From the NCBI GenBank assembly GCA_015232315.1, contig JADFZZ010000001.1:208835-272834 (forward strand): a stretch of 64,000 bases of DNA, given 5' to 3'. Below are positions 1-9,798 of the stretch, piece after piece. The notes under the pieces were generated by a model. The model was not told the DNA's origin, made no database searches, and saw nothing but the letters and a program-made list of their open reading frames with translations. This stretch comes from SAR324 cluster bacterium (GTDB lineage Bacteria > SAR324 > NAC60-12). The first letter of the stretch is position 1; each line of letters starts with the position of its first letter. Both the position numbers and the translations under genes were made by a program.

Positions 1-39
1 TCAGTTTTCGCTATAGGAAAACCATTCATAATTTATTAC

Positions 40-180
40 GCGAGTCCGGAGTTGAAATTTATTCATTAATATCAGTACTCCTTTAGTGTCATCTCGACGT
101 CAGGAGAGATCTTTCAACGCTCAAGGCCTTAAGATTACTCCTGGTGTCGAAATGACACAGACGCAACTCCGGATTCACCT
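40..180. repeat. about 140-bp imperfect palindromic (ERIC/MITE-like) intergenic repeat, family 1 copy A, in the leader of the MCP gene
   Basis: Near-identical copy at 22100..22238. Nested inverted repeats: tccggagt...actccgga, and gtgtcatctcgac...gtcgaaatgacac. Confidence 0.6.
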
Positions 181-199
181 ATTTATTCAGAGGATCATC

Positions 200-2188
200 A
201 TGAAATGGAAGATGTCACTAAAAAATAAAATTTTATGGGCTTATATTTTTGCTGGATTTGGTCCGTTCATCGGTTTGGGCCTCGTCAGTTATTTCAGCGC
301 ATCCAGTTCACTGGAGATGGTTCAGCAAAGTGGTGTTCAGTCAATGATCGAGCAGACAGAGCAGCACCTGAAATTATTGAGAGACCTTCATAAAGCTCAT
401 ATTCTGAGCTATTTCAAAGAAGTGGAACATGACCTGGAGTTTCTCCGTGAAACTCCAATGAACCTCATCACCTATCGGGCGTTCCTGCGAAGTTTTGAAG
501 AACTCCATGGAACCGGACAAGGACTGCAACTTCTGGCCAGCCCAGTCTACCAATCTGTTCATCAGCAGTTCCATCCAATGTATAAATCTTTCGTTCAGCA
601 CATGAACTATGGAGATTTTTATTTCATTGACCAGCAGGGACACGTCATTTACTCAGTGAATAAACAAAAAGATTTTTCCGTCAATCTCATGACCGATGAC
701 ATGACCAATCCGGCACTGAGTCGAGCGTATCGAAAAGCACTGGGTGGTCAGATGGCACTGGTTGATTCCGGTATTCCTGCCAATATTGAAAAAAGCGTTG
801 CCGCATATATGGCTCTGCCTATGAACAACGAACAGGGCGTTCCTGAAGGGGTGTTGGCTGTGCAAATTATGGCCGATGAAATGTCCTCTGTGAACAAGGA
901 TATTTCTCTGGGAACAACGGGTAAAAGCTATCTTGTTAGCAACGATTTTACCTTGCGGTCTCATATTCAACAGATGCGGAATTCTTCCATGTCGGGCGGC
1001 GCAGACTCCAACCGCATTGAATCCGGGGCTATCCGTAAAGGTCTGGACGGGCAGGATGGGATTGAGAAACATAAAAATTATGAAGGTCTGGATGTGATCA
1101 GCGCTTACACACCTGTTCAAGTCAAGGACCTGCATTGGGTGTTGATCGTGGAAATGGATGATGCGAAAGCACATGATGCGGCACTTGAGTTGGCCCGGGT
1201 TCATGGAAATGACATTGAATGGGCCAAGCGGAAAATACTGTTCTGGATTGGCGGCGTGACAGGCGCCTCCGCGATTCTGGGATTTGCCATGTTCTGGGTT
1301 GTCATCATTTCCATATCCCGTGTGATCGCCCGCATGGATGAAACGGTAGAGCAGGTGACGACCGCAACCCAGCATCTGTCTTCAGGATCTCAGGTCCAGA
1401 GCGCTTCTGTGGAAGAAGTGGTGGCTTCTGTGGAAGAACTGATATCCTCCATTCATGACGTGGCTCGCAATGCCAGTGACGTTTCCAATGACGCCAATGA
1501 ATCCGCTGAACAGGCAACCCTGGGTGGTGAGGCTGTCAAGCAGTCACTTCAGGCAATGGCACGGATCAACGAATCTTCCGAAAAAATCACGGAAATCATT
1601 GATGTGATCTCAGACATTGCGGAACAAACCAATTTACTAGCGTTGAATGCCGCCATCGAAGCCGCAAGGGCTGGCGAACATGGCAAAGGATTTGCGGTAG
1701 TGGCGGATGAAGTTCGTAAACTCGCAGAACGCAGTGCCAGAGCAACCAAAGAAATCACCCTGTTGATTCGGGAAAGCAATGGCCGCATCCAGGAAGGCAC
1801 TCAATTGTCAAACAAGGTTGGGAACATGCTGGAGCTGATTGTTGAGCATGTCAGAAAAACAGCGGAAATGGTGGAACAGATTTCTGCGGCTACAGAGGAA
1901 CAGGCGGCCACCTCCAATACTATCAAAAACAGCATCGAGGAAATTTCCAGCAAAGTCGAACAAAACGCTTCAGCGGCAGAACAGCTTGCGGCTTCAGCCT
2001 TGAGTATGAAGAACAGTCTTCAGGAAATCATCCGGGGTGTTTCGGAAGAAACCTCCCATGCCCATCATTTTGATCGGGAGTCTGCCACTGACGATGATCG
2101 TAATTCTGAAAAATCTGAAACAACCGCTGAAACACAGCACAAGCTCACCTTCTCCAAAAATTCAGGAGATGAATATCTCAACTGGTAA
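200..2188 (+). CDS. methyl-accepting chemotaxis protein (dCache-type periplasmic sensor, HAMP, MA domain)
   Basis: ATG at 200 after GAGG. Two TM segments flank a Cache-like region of about 320 aa ([16 protein letters not shown]). Signalling domain [35 protein letters not shown]. Confidence 0.9.
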   Translation: MKWKMSLKNKILWAYIFAGFGPFIGLGLVSYFSASSSLEMVQQSGVQSMIEQTEQHLKLLRDLHKAHILSYFKEVEHDLEFLRETPMNLITYRAFLRSFEELHGTGQGLQLLASPVYQSVHQQFHPMYKSFVQHMNYGDFYFIDQQGHVIYSVNKQKDFSVNLMTDDMTNPALSRAYRKALGGQMALVDSGIPANIEKSVAAYMALPMNNEQGVPEGVLAVQIMADEMSSVNKDISLGTTGKSYLVSNDFTLRSHIQQMRNSSMSGGADSNRIESGAIRKGLDGQDGIEKHKNYEGLDVISAYTPVQVKDLHWVLIVEMDDAKAHDAALELARVHGNDIEWAKRKILFWIGGVTGASAILGFAMFWVVIISISRVIARMDETVEQVTTATQHLSSGSQVQSASVEEVVASVEELISSIHDVARNASDVSNDANESAEQATLGGEAVKQSLQAMARINESSEKITEIIDVISDIAEQTNLLALNAAIEAARAGEHGKGFAVVADEVRKLAERSARATKEITLLIRESNGRIQEGTQLSNKVGNMLELIVEHVRKTAEMVEQISAATEEQAATSNTIKNSIEEISSKVEQNASAAEQLAASALSMKNSLQEIIRGVSEETSHAHHFDRESATDDDRNSEKSETTAETQHKLTFSKNSGDEYLNW

Positions 2189-2391
2189 CCCATAATTTGT
2201 TGCTGTAAATTTTCTGATGACGGCAACCGATTCAAGCCATCGCACTCTGTCATTCCGTGCTTGACACGGAATCCATCGGCGCACTCCTGGATCCCCGTTT
2301 TCATGGTGATGACATCGTGGCGGGCCACAGGATTTCATCACCGAATTATTTACAGCAGGCATAATTTTATAAGGGACGTTCAAAAAATAAC

Positions 2392-3180
2392 ATGGTACCT
2401 CAACTGACCAACCAGGAACTGGAGCAATTTGCTGAAATAGCCTACAAAGAACTGGGTATTATAATCTCTAACCAAAAACACGCACTGCTTCAAAACAGGC
2501 TTGGACGCAGATTGAGAGAGCTTGGACTGCGAAGCTTTCGGGAATATTATCAGTATTTACTGGCCCACAAAGCTGAAACACAGGAATTCATCGAAGCAGT
2601 CACCACCAATGAAACCTATTTTTTTCGATGTCCCAAACATTTTCACATGCTGGGACAACAAATTTTCCCCAATATCAAATCAGAACTGATCAATATCTGG
2701 AGTGCCGCCTGCTCCAATGGCTCTGAACCTTATTCACTGGCGATCGTCGCTCACGAGCGTCTGCCGGATTTTGAAAAGCGTAGTGTGAATGTGTGGGCCA
2801 GCGATATTGATCTTAAAATCCTGAAAAAAGCTGATGAAGGTGTGTATGACACTCATCTTCTACGACTGGCACGGGAAGATGTGTTGCATAAGTATTTTAT
2901 CCAGATCAAACCACAACTCTATCAGGTGATTCCTGCTTTACGTGAAATGTTGCTACTGGGACAGCACAATCTCCAGCATCGTTTCAACAAGGCCAAAATG
3001 GATGTTATTTTTTGTCGTAATGTTCTGATCTATTTTGACAATCAGAGCAAGCAGACGGTTTTTCAAAATTTGATAGAAGCTCTCAAGCCAGGTGGTTATC
3101 TTTTTCTCGGAGAATCAGAAATTATTCCTGATTTACCTGGAATGCACCGGATTGACGCTTCTGTCGCGGTAAAGAAATAA
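2392..3180 (+). CDS. cheR: chemotaxis protein methyltransferase CheR
   Basis: ETYFFRCPKHF and SAACSNGSEPYSLA SAM-binding motifs; follows the MCP. Confidence 0.9.
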   Translation: MVPQLTNQELEQFAEIAYKELGIIISNQKHALLQNRLGRRLRELGLRSFREYYQYLLAHKAETQEFIEAVTTNETYFFRCPKHFHMLGQQIFPNIKSELINIWSAACSNGSEPYSLAIVAHERLPDFEKRSVNVWASDIDLKILKKADEGVYDTHLLRLAREDVLHKYFIQIKPQLYQVIPALREMLLLGQHNLQHRFNKAKMDVIFCRNVLIYFDNQSKQTVFQNLIEALKPGGYLFLGESEIIPDLPGMHRIDASVAVKK

Positions 3181-3187
3181 GAAGATT

Positions 3188-3661
3188 ATGCCCAAAGTTG
3201 TTCGAGTCGCGATCGCAGGTGTGGATACCGCTCAAAATGGGGATCTGCTTTCTACTGTGGTGGGATCATGTATCGCCATCATGCTTTATGACAAAAAGAC
3301 CCGTATTGGTGGCATGGCTCATATTATGCTGGGATATTCGGATGGAAAAACGGATACTCCCGGAAAATACGCTGACACCGCAGTGCCGCATTTAATCCAA
3401 CTCATGGAGCAGTCAGGCGCTCAGGCATACCGGTTGAAAGGTGCGAAAGTGGCTGGAGGAGGTGAAATGTTTGATCATTTCAGTCCTGAATTGAATGTCT
3501 CAAAGCTTAACATTAAAGCGGTTTATGACATATTGGCCAGACATGGAATCAAAATCATCGCTGAAGATCTGGGAGGGAAAACCGGAAGGCGTGTGACGCT
3601 TGATACTGAAACAGGAAAAGTCCAGGTGGACGTGCATGGAGAACAAACCAAAACTTTATAA
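3188..3661 (+). CDS. cheD: chemoreceptor glutamine deamidase CheD
   Basis: 157 aa with GSCIAIMLYD and GGMAHIMLG motifs typical of CheD; adjacent to cheR. Confidence 0.8.
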   Translation: MPKVVRVAIAGVDTAQNGDLLSTVVGSCIAIMLYDKKTRIGGMAHIMLGYSDGKTDTPGKYADTAVPHLIQLMEQSGAQAYRLKGAKVAGGGEMFDHFSPELNVSKLNIKAVYDILARHGIKIIAEDLGGKTGRRVTLDTETGKVQVDVHGEQTKTL

Positions 3662-4102
3662 TCAGGCACCCGTACTGCCAAAGCCTCCGTCATTCCTTGC
3701 CGTCGATGACAGATCTGTGACATCTTCAATCATACAAGGTTCAAGCTTCCTCACCAACAATTGCGCAATCCGGGTATTGATTAGCTTTTGCGCCGCCTGG
3801 ACTGGATCACCAGTACCCACATAACGTAAAGGAACCATGATGATTCCACGATAATCGGGATCAATCACCCCCACACTGTTGGCCATGATAAAATCTGTTT
3901 TGGTGATACTGGACCTTGGCACAACCTCAATGTAATACCCTTCCGAAATTTCCACTGAAATTCCTGTATTGAAAAAGAACACACGATCGCGACGAGGTTC
4001 AACACCTACGGCGACAATATCAATTCCGGCATCTGTTGAATGGGCTTTGGCTGGTAGGGCCAACTCCGGAGAGTGGCGTTTGATTTTAAGGATTGCGGTC
4101 AT
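3662..4102 (-). CDS. dut: dUTP diphosphatase
   Basis: 146 aa; AGIDI, GVIDPDYRG motifs and overall dUTPase motif order. Confidence 0.88.
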   Translation of the reverse strand: MTAILKIKRHSPELALPAKAHSTDAGIDIVAVGVEPRRDRVFFFNTGISVEISEGYYIEVVPRSSITKTDFIMANSVGVIDPDYRGIIMVPLRYVGTGDPVQAAQKLINTRIAQLLVRKLEPCMIEDVTDLSSTARNDGGFGSTGA

Positions 4103-4635
4103 TGGTTTGCGGCCTTTGCTTCAGCATGGACAACCAACGTCACCTGATTGCCTTTTTCATTATAGATCAATTCATTGACAAACTGCTTTTTTGTGAGAAC
4201 AATACCGCGTCTGGAAATAGCCAGTGCGTTGGACACGAGGTCCTGTTTCACCAGTTGAGGTTTGAATCCGGGACCTTCATCGGTGATACAAACACGTATC
4301 TCCCGCCTGGAAAATTTGAGTTCAACTTGAATGATCCGGCTTTCATACGGAGTTTGTTTCGATCTATCTTCAAAAAACTCCCAGTAGGTGTCTTCTTCCA
4401 GCATTTTTTCTTTGAGATCCCCGTCAATCTCAAGATTTCCATGTTCAGAGGCATTGATCAGCATTTCGATCAATCCCATCTGCAAATGATTGAGCTGGAG
4501 TTCAGTATAACCACCCTGCTCACGACACACGGAAACAATGGCCTCAGCACTATTTTCCAGCACAGAAAGTGTGTTGGGCAGATGAATCGCTATTGAAAAA
4601 CTATCAATAAATTGGTCAGAAATATCTAAATGCAT
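4099..4635 (-). CDS. anti-sigma regulatory factor / switch Ser-Thr kinase (HATPase_c, RsbW/SpoIIAB-like)
   Basis: ASEHGN ... ITDEGPGF (N- and G-boxes of GHKL ATPases). Overlaps dut by 4 nt and lies downstream of the STAS gene. Confidence 0.7.
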   Translation of the reverse strand: MHLDISDQFIDSFSIAIHLPNTLSVLENSAEAIVSVCREQGGYTELQLNHLQMGLIEMLINASEHGNLEIDGDLKEKMLEEDTYWEFFEDRSKQTPYESRIIQVELKFSRREIRVCITDEGPGFKPQLVKQDLVSNALAISRRGIVLTKKQFVNELIYNEKGNQVTLVVHAEAKAANQ

Positions 4636-4646
4636 AAGCTTTGCTG

Positions 4647-4982
4647 TTATATTTGCGAGACCGCATCATCCATTGAGGGAAATATCTGTAGAAAATCATC
4701 CAGATGGGTTGATGTGATGATTTCCGCGACAATTCTCTGGCAATCACACAACGCAAATTTTCCGCCCCGTTTGAGAATGGTTTTGGCGCTGGCGACCAGA
4801 AAGCCAATTCCTGACGAATCCATCAGATTCACGTTTTTCATATCAATGATAATTTTGGTAATTGCCACATCTTCCACAGCGGGTTTGATATCCGTTTTAG
4901 CCACTTTGACACCTGTCAAAGCCAGATTTCCATTGAGGTGAAAAATTACAGCACCATTTTTTTCTTCACGAGAAATTTCCAT
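4647..4982 (-). CDS. STAS-domain anti-sigma-factor antagonist (SpoIIAA/RsbV-like)
   Basis: 111 aa with DSSGIGFLV motif carrying the conserved phosphorylatable Ser. Confidence 0.75.
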   Translation of the reverse strand: MEISREEKNGAVIFHLNGNLALTGVKVAKTDIKPAVEDVAITKIIIDMKNVNLMDSSGIGFLVASAKTILKRGGKFALCDCQRIVAEIITSTHLDDFLQIFPSMDDAVSQI

Positions 4983-5034
4983 AAATATTAGTCCTTTCCA
5001 GAATTTATCAGCTCTGACCTAGACACCATGTCTG

Positions 5035-6249
5035 TCATATATTTCCAAGATATTCAAAAGCGATAACTGTCACATCGTCATCGTATGTTCCAAAAGTGAA
5101 TTCATCCAGTGTCCTGACCAGATTTTTCACAAGGGTTTGCAGTGGTAATTCACGGTTCTGCGCTAAAAATGCGCATAGACGTTCTTCACCGAACAGGTTA
5201 TCTTCGCCATCTTTGGCTTCATTCACACCGTCAGTATAAAGAAATCCCCTGTCACCTTTTTTCATGGTATAACGTTCTTCGGTATAAGAAATCCAGTCAT
5301 TTGGAAACAATCCGAGAAGCTTTCCCTTGAGGTTTAACAAAACGGGAGGCTGGCCATCCGCCGGGATAATGATCAGTGACGGATGTCCGGCATTGGCCGT
5401 TGATAATTCTCCTTTGCTGTTGATGCGGGCACAGATTGCGGAAATAAAACGGTCATCAGGCATTTCTTCTTCAAACGTCTGATTCACATGCTTGAAAACA
5501 TCTTCAATGTTGGGACTGTCAATGCTTTGATCCAGTAGCATTTTTGCCATAATCGTCGAAAGTGCCGCGGCTACACCATGACCTGTGCCATCTCCCACAA
5601 ACATATTATAATAACCGTTATGCCCTTCCTTCAGATAATAAATGTCACCTGAAACATGAGATTGAGGATTGTATTGAACGACAATATCCAGAAAAGTCGG
5701 CGGCTTGTAACTGGTAATCAGTTTTTTCTGAACATCCTCAGCCATTTGCAGATCTTCTTCCATCTCCAGTTTCTGGCCCTTGATGGTGCTGTAAGACGCA
5801 CTGAGCGCCTCTTCCGCCATATTGCGCGCCATGATTTCCAGTCGAAGATCCTGCATGCTGCGATGACGTTCCAGATAGCCCATGGTCCGGGCTTTCAGTT
5901 CCTGCATGATAAAAGGCTTGGTCACATAATCCGTCGCACCCAGTTCAAAGGCCTGAATCTTGGAATTGTTATCCGTGATGCCTGTCAAAAATAATACGGG
6001 AACGGACGTATTACCCAGAGTTGTGCGTAGTTCCCTGATGAACATGAGTCCATCCATCACAGGCATTTCCATATCTGTAATGATCAGGTCTATTTCTTCT
6101 TTTTTGGCTATTCGCAAGCCTTCCTGTCCATTGGACGCTTCGAGAAAAGTGAAGACACAGGGAAGCGGTTGAAAGGCCTGTTTGATCACCATTCTGACAA
6201 ATTGGCTGTCATCAATGATCAGCAGGCAATAGTGCGGCTGTTCGGGCAT
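5035..6249 (-). CDS. response regulator receiver fused to a PP2C/SpoIIE-type phosphatase (RsbU-like)
   Basis: REC motifs LLIIDDS...ITDMEMPVMDG and PP2C motif GDGTGHGVAAAL. The ORF track starts at TTG 6264; the first ATG is at 6249. Confidence 0.78.
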   Translation of the reverse strand: MPEQPHYCLLIIDDSQFVRMVIKQAFQPLPCVFTFLEASNGQEGLRIAKKEEIDLIITDMEMPVMDGLMFIRELRTTLGNTSVPVLFLTGITDNNSKIQAFELGATDYVTKPFIMQELKARTMGYLERHRSMQDLRLEIMARNMAEEALSASYSTIKGQKLEMEEDLQMAEDVQKKLITSYKPPTFLDIVVQYNPQSHVSGDIYYLKEGHNGYYNMFVGDGTGHGVAAALSTIMAKMLLDQSIDSPNIEDVFKHVNQTFEEEMPDDRFISAICARINSKGELSTANAGHPSLIIIPADGQPPVLLNLKGKLLGLFPNDWISYTEERYTMKKGDRGFLYTDGVNEAKDGEDNLFGEERLCAFLAQNRELPLQTLVKNLVRTLDEFTFGTYDDDVTVIAFEYLGNI

Positions 6250-6269
6250 AAATGAGGGATCCAATGGTG

Positions 6270-6464
6270 TTATTCACGAATAAGAAATTCTATGTATTTA
6301 ATCACTCTGTTTTCACCCTCACCTTCATATTCAGTGTGGATGCCACGGATTTTATTGCTGCTTGAATATTCCCGAATCAGAGTTTTCACCATGGGATCAT
6401 CTGCAAGAAATTTGCGTCTGACCAGTTTGGATGGTGGTGAAGATGTTTTTTTTTCTACCGGCAT
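6270..6464 (-). CDS. small hypothetical protein (64 aa) heading the partner-switching operon
   Basis: ATG preceded by AAGGTGA at good spacing; 5 nt upstream of the RR-PP2C gene; no recognisable domain. Confidence 0.35.
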   Translation of the reverse strand: MPVEKKTSSPPSKLVRRKFLADDPMVKTLIREYSSSNKIRGIHTEYEGEGENRVIKYIEFLIRE

Positions 6465-6704
6465 GATGTTTCACCTTAGATTTAAATCCCTGCAATAAAT
6501 TCTTGTATGAAAGAGCCTTAGCAACTGTAAACAATATTCTTTCCCCATTCAGGTAGCTTGACAATCGCAACAGCATATCGTTTTTATGCTTAACTTCTCT
6601 ATATATTTTTGTCAAATACTGTTTTGAGATCCTTTGTGGAAAAGCAATGTCTTTGAAAAAAACAAATTATTGAAATTAATAAAAATGGATTTTATGAGGG
6701 GATT

Positions 6705-8312
6705 ATGAAACTGAGAAAAACCAATATCGAACGCTTGAAAAATGAGTCCTTTGATGTGCTGATCATTGGCGGCGGAATCAATGGTGCTGTCTCCGCGGCA
6801 TCTCTGTCTGGCAAAGGCGCAAAAGTCGCGCTGATTGACCGTGTTGATTTTGCCGGATTCACCAGCATGCAGTCCTCAAATCTGGCATGGGGTGGCATCA
6901 AATATCTGGAAACGTATGAATTCGGACTGGTTCGCAAACTCTGCATGTCACGGAACCATTTGATGCGCAGTTATCCCTCCACAGTCCAGGAAATCCGGTT
7001 TTTTACGACACTGGCCAAAGGCTTCCGATACCCTCCATGGTTTCTGTTCTGCGGAACACTGTTCTATTGGCTCATGGGGAATTTTTTCACCAAACCACCA
7101 CGCTATCTGACACCTTCCATCATTAATAAAGAAGAACCTGTGGTCAACACGGACAACAGCAATGGCGGAATGGAATATTCAGACGCGTACCTGCATGACA
7201 ATGATGCCCGGTTTGTATTTAACTTCATTCGAGGTGCCTTGAATTATGGCTGTGCCGCGGCCAATTATGTGGAGTCACTGGGAGCATCACAGAATCAGGG
7301 TTTATGGAAAACAAAAGTGCGTGACACGGTTTCCGGAGAAGAATTCACCATCACTTCCAAAGCGTTGATCAATTGCTGTGGTCCCTTTGTGGATGAACAC
7401 AACCAGATCACCGGTCAGAAAACAGAACATCACCATGCGTTTTCCAAAGGCATCCATCTGATCGTAGATCGTATTACTCCCAACAAAAGAGTACTGACTT
7501 TCTTTGCGGATGACGGACGACTGTTCTTTGTAATCCCGATGGGCCCCAAAACATCGATTGGGACAACCGACACCAAAGTACAATCTCCAAATACCGAAGT
7601 GACTGCGGAAGATCGGAAATTTGTGCTGGATAATATCAACAAACGCCTCAAACTGGAAAAGCCGATCACGGAATCCGATGTGATCGCTGAACGTTGCGGA
7701 GTCCGTCCGCTGGTGGTGTCTGGTAATACTTCAGGAAATCAGGACTGGTTTCAGCTTTCCCGCAAACACGTTGTCGAAGCCAACGTCAAGGATCGTCACA
7801 TCAGTATCTTTGGCGGAAAACTGACTGATTGTCTGAATGTGGGCGAAGAGGTTTTTCATGAAGTTCGAAAATTTGGCGTGGAATTTCCGTTCCCCGATAA
7901 AAAATGGTATGGTGAGCCACCTGATGCGGTGAAAGAAGAATTTTTTCATCAGGCCAGACTGATGAATCTGGATGCGAGGACCCCGGCGACCTCTTCCGAA
8001 AAACTCACATCCAGATTATGGAGACGTTATGGTGCTCATGCACTCGGGATGTTGGAAAGTATCCGACGTGAACCTGAAATGGCAGAACTGCTGATTGAAA
8101 ATTCGGAATATCTGCGGTGTGAAGTCGAAGAAGCCGCGCAACGGGAGATGATCACCAAACTGGATGATTTTCTCCGACGTCGTTCAAAAATCACTCAGGT
8201 CGTTCCTCATGACGTCGTGCGTGATTCCGCAGGCTTGAAAGACGCTTGTGTCATATTTTTCGGTGATCAGGCTGAAGAACGTTACCAGGAATATTTCAGG
8301 GAACATCAGTGA
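6705..8312 (+). CDS. FAD-dependent glycerol-3-phosphate dehydrogenase-like oxidoreductase (GlpD/GlpA family)
   Basis: N-terminal FAD fold DVLIIGGGINGAVSAASL followed by AGFTSMQSSNLAWGGIKYLE. Confidence 0.7.
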   Translation: MKLRKTNIERLKNESFDVLIIGGGINGAVSAASLSGKGAKVALIDRVDFAGFTSMQSSNLAWGGIKYLETYEFGLVRKLCMSRNHLMRSYPSTVQEIRFFTTLAKGFRYPPWFLFCGTLFYWLMGNFFTKPPRYLTPSIINKEEPVVNTDNSNGGMEYSDAYLHDNDARFVFNFIRGALNYGCAAANYVESLGASQNQGLWKTKVRDTVSGEEFTITSKALINCCGPFVDEHNQITGQKTEHHHAFSKGIHLIVDRITPNKRVLTFFADDGRLFFVIPMGPKTSIGTTDTKVQSPNTEVTAEDRKFVLDNINKRLKLEKPITESDVIAERCGVRPLVVSGNTSGNQDWFQLSRKHVVEANVKDRHISIFGGKLTDCLNVGEEVFHEVRKFGVEFPFPDKKWYGEPPDAVKEEFFHQARLMNLDARTPATSSEKLTSRLWRRYGAHALGMLESIRREPEMAELLIENSEYLRCEVEEAAQREMITKLDDFLRRRSKITQVVPHDVVRDSAGLKDACVIFFGDQAEERYQEYFREHQ

Positions 8313-8342
8313 TTGCAGACGAATAAAAAATGGAGTGTGACT

Positions 8343-9284
8343 GTGAACAATGAATTCAATCTCGTCCTGGCGAGTCCTCGCGGTTTCTGTGCCGGTGTGG
8401 ATAGAGCCATCACCATTGTGGAAAAAGCGCTGGAACTTTATGGTCCGCCGATTTATGTGCGGCATGAAATTGTGCATAATCCACATGTCGTGAACAGGCT
8501 CAAAAAACGTGGTGTGATTTTTGTGGAAGAACTGGATACCGTCCCTGAAAACGCTCATCTGATTTTTTCAGCACATGGTGTTTCTCCCGCAGTACGGGAT
8601 GCCGCATCACAAAAAAATCTGGCTGTGCTCGACGCGACGTGTCCGCTTGTCACCAAAGTTCATCTGGAAGCACAGCGTTATGCCCGAGAAGGATATATCA
8701 TCATCATGATCGGGCACAAAGACCATGTGGAAGTGGTCGGAACCCTTGGTGAAGCTCCAGAAAAAATGGTCGTCATCGGGAAGGTTGAGGAGGTAGAAAC
8801 ACTGGAGATCCCCTCGGGGCAGAAAATCGCGTATCTCACTCAGACGACGCTGTCACTTGATGACACAGCCAGTATCATTCAGGCTCTCAAAGCAAAATAT
8901 CCTGATATCGAAGGTCCCAAAAAAGATGACATCTGTTATGCGACCCAGAATCGTCAGAACGCGGTAAAAAGTTTGGCACAAGCTGTTGATCTGATTCTGG
9001 TCGTCGGGGCGCCCAACAGTTCCAACACAGTGCGGTTGGTGGAAGTTGCTCAAGGCGCGGGAATTCCCGCCAGAAGAATTGAGTCGGCCGATGAACTGGA
9101 GAGGGCATGGTTCCGTTTCGGTATGCGGATCGGCATCACCGCTGGAGCTTCCGCACCGGAAGATATTGTTCAGGGAATAGTTTCCAGACTTGAAACCTTT
9201 GTGGACCATAGCTCCATTGAAGAATTGACGCTTGTGGAAGAAAACGTCACTTTTGCGCTTCCTGCCGCTTTAAAAAATGTCTGA
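8343..9284 (+). CDS. ispH: 4-hydroxy-3-methylbut-2-enyl diphosphate reductase IspH (LytB)
   Basis: LASPRGFCAGVDRAI plus further Cys-containing motifs. Likely GTG start at 8343 (GGAG 7 nt upstream); the ORF track begins at TTG 8313. Confidence 0.88.
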   Translation: MNNEFNLVLASPRGFCAGVDRAITIVEKALELYGPPIYVRHEIVHNPHVVNRLKKRGVIFVEELDTVPENAHLIFSAHGVSPAVRDAASQKNLAVLDATCPLVTKVHLEAQRYAREGYIIIMIGHKDHVEVVGTLGEAPEKMVVIGKVEEVETLEIPSGQKIAYLTQTTLSLDDTASIIQALKAKYPDIEGPKKDDICYATQNRQNAVKSLAQAVDLILVVGAPNSSNTVRLVEVAQGAGIPARRIESADELERAWFRFGMRIGITAGASAPEDIVQGIVSRLETFVDHSSIEELTLVEENVTFALPAALKNV

Positions 9285-9798
9285 ACCGTGTCGCCGCAAT
9301 GTGCCGCATGGAGACTCGATGTTTTTCTTCAGCGGTCATTTCGGCCATTGTTCGGGTTTCACCAGCAGGTTGAAAAATACAGTCCCAGCCAAATCCGTTA
9401 CTGCCTCTTGGTGGAACAATCGTTCCCTCCAGTGTTCCCTCAAGCACATGCATGGTTTCGCCATCCTCAGAATAACCGAGACAACATACGGCTCTTGCTG
9501 ATTTATCTGGAAAAGCGCTGAGGGCCTGAACCAGCCCCTGCATTCCCATATTTTTCTCAAACCATTTGATCAAAACCCCGGGCAGTTCATTCCATGCGTT
9601 AAAAAACAGGGAGGTGTCTTCCACCAGAACAGGTTGCTGAAGTGCGGAATAGGCTTTTTGTGTCTTGTCACGAACCAGTTCATGAAGATTCGTGGTCTGG
9701 ATTTCATGCAGATCCAACGCTACGTTTTCCAGAGGAATTCCCAGGAGTTCACGCATTTCACGGAGTTTGTTCAGATTGGATGTTACGAAATACAGCAT
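9247..9798 (-). CDS. rdgB: non-canonical purine NTP pyrophosphatase (RdgB/HAM1 family)
   Basis: MLYFVTSNLNKLREM...EDTSL...FGWD motifs; 3' end overlaps ispH by 38 nt (convergent). Confidence 0.82.
   Translation of the reverse strand: MLYFVTSNLNKLREMRELLGIPLENVALDLHEIQTTNLHELVRDKTQKAYSALQQPVLVEDTSLFFNAWNELPGVLIKWFEKNMGMQGLVQALSAFPDKSARAVCCLGYSEDGETMHVLEGTLEGTIVPPRGSNGFGWDCIFQPAGETRTMAEMTAEEKHRVSMRHIAATRFRHFLKRQEAQK

Noticed and set aside
653-1800. Minus-strand ORFs (240, 70 and 83 aa) inside the MCP gene
   Set aside because: They are fully embedded antisense to a strongly supported MCP coding sequence and have no RBS or domain signal. Shadow ORFs.
6558-6590. TTGACA-N17-TTTTAT sigma-70-like promoter upstream of the GlpD-like gene
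   Set aside because: The -10 element matches only 3 of 6 positions. Too weak to report as a feature.
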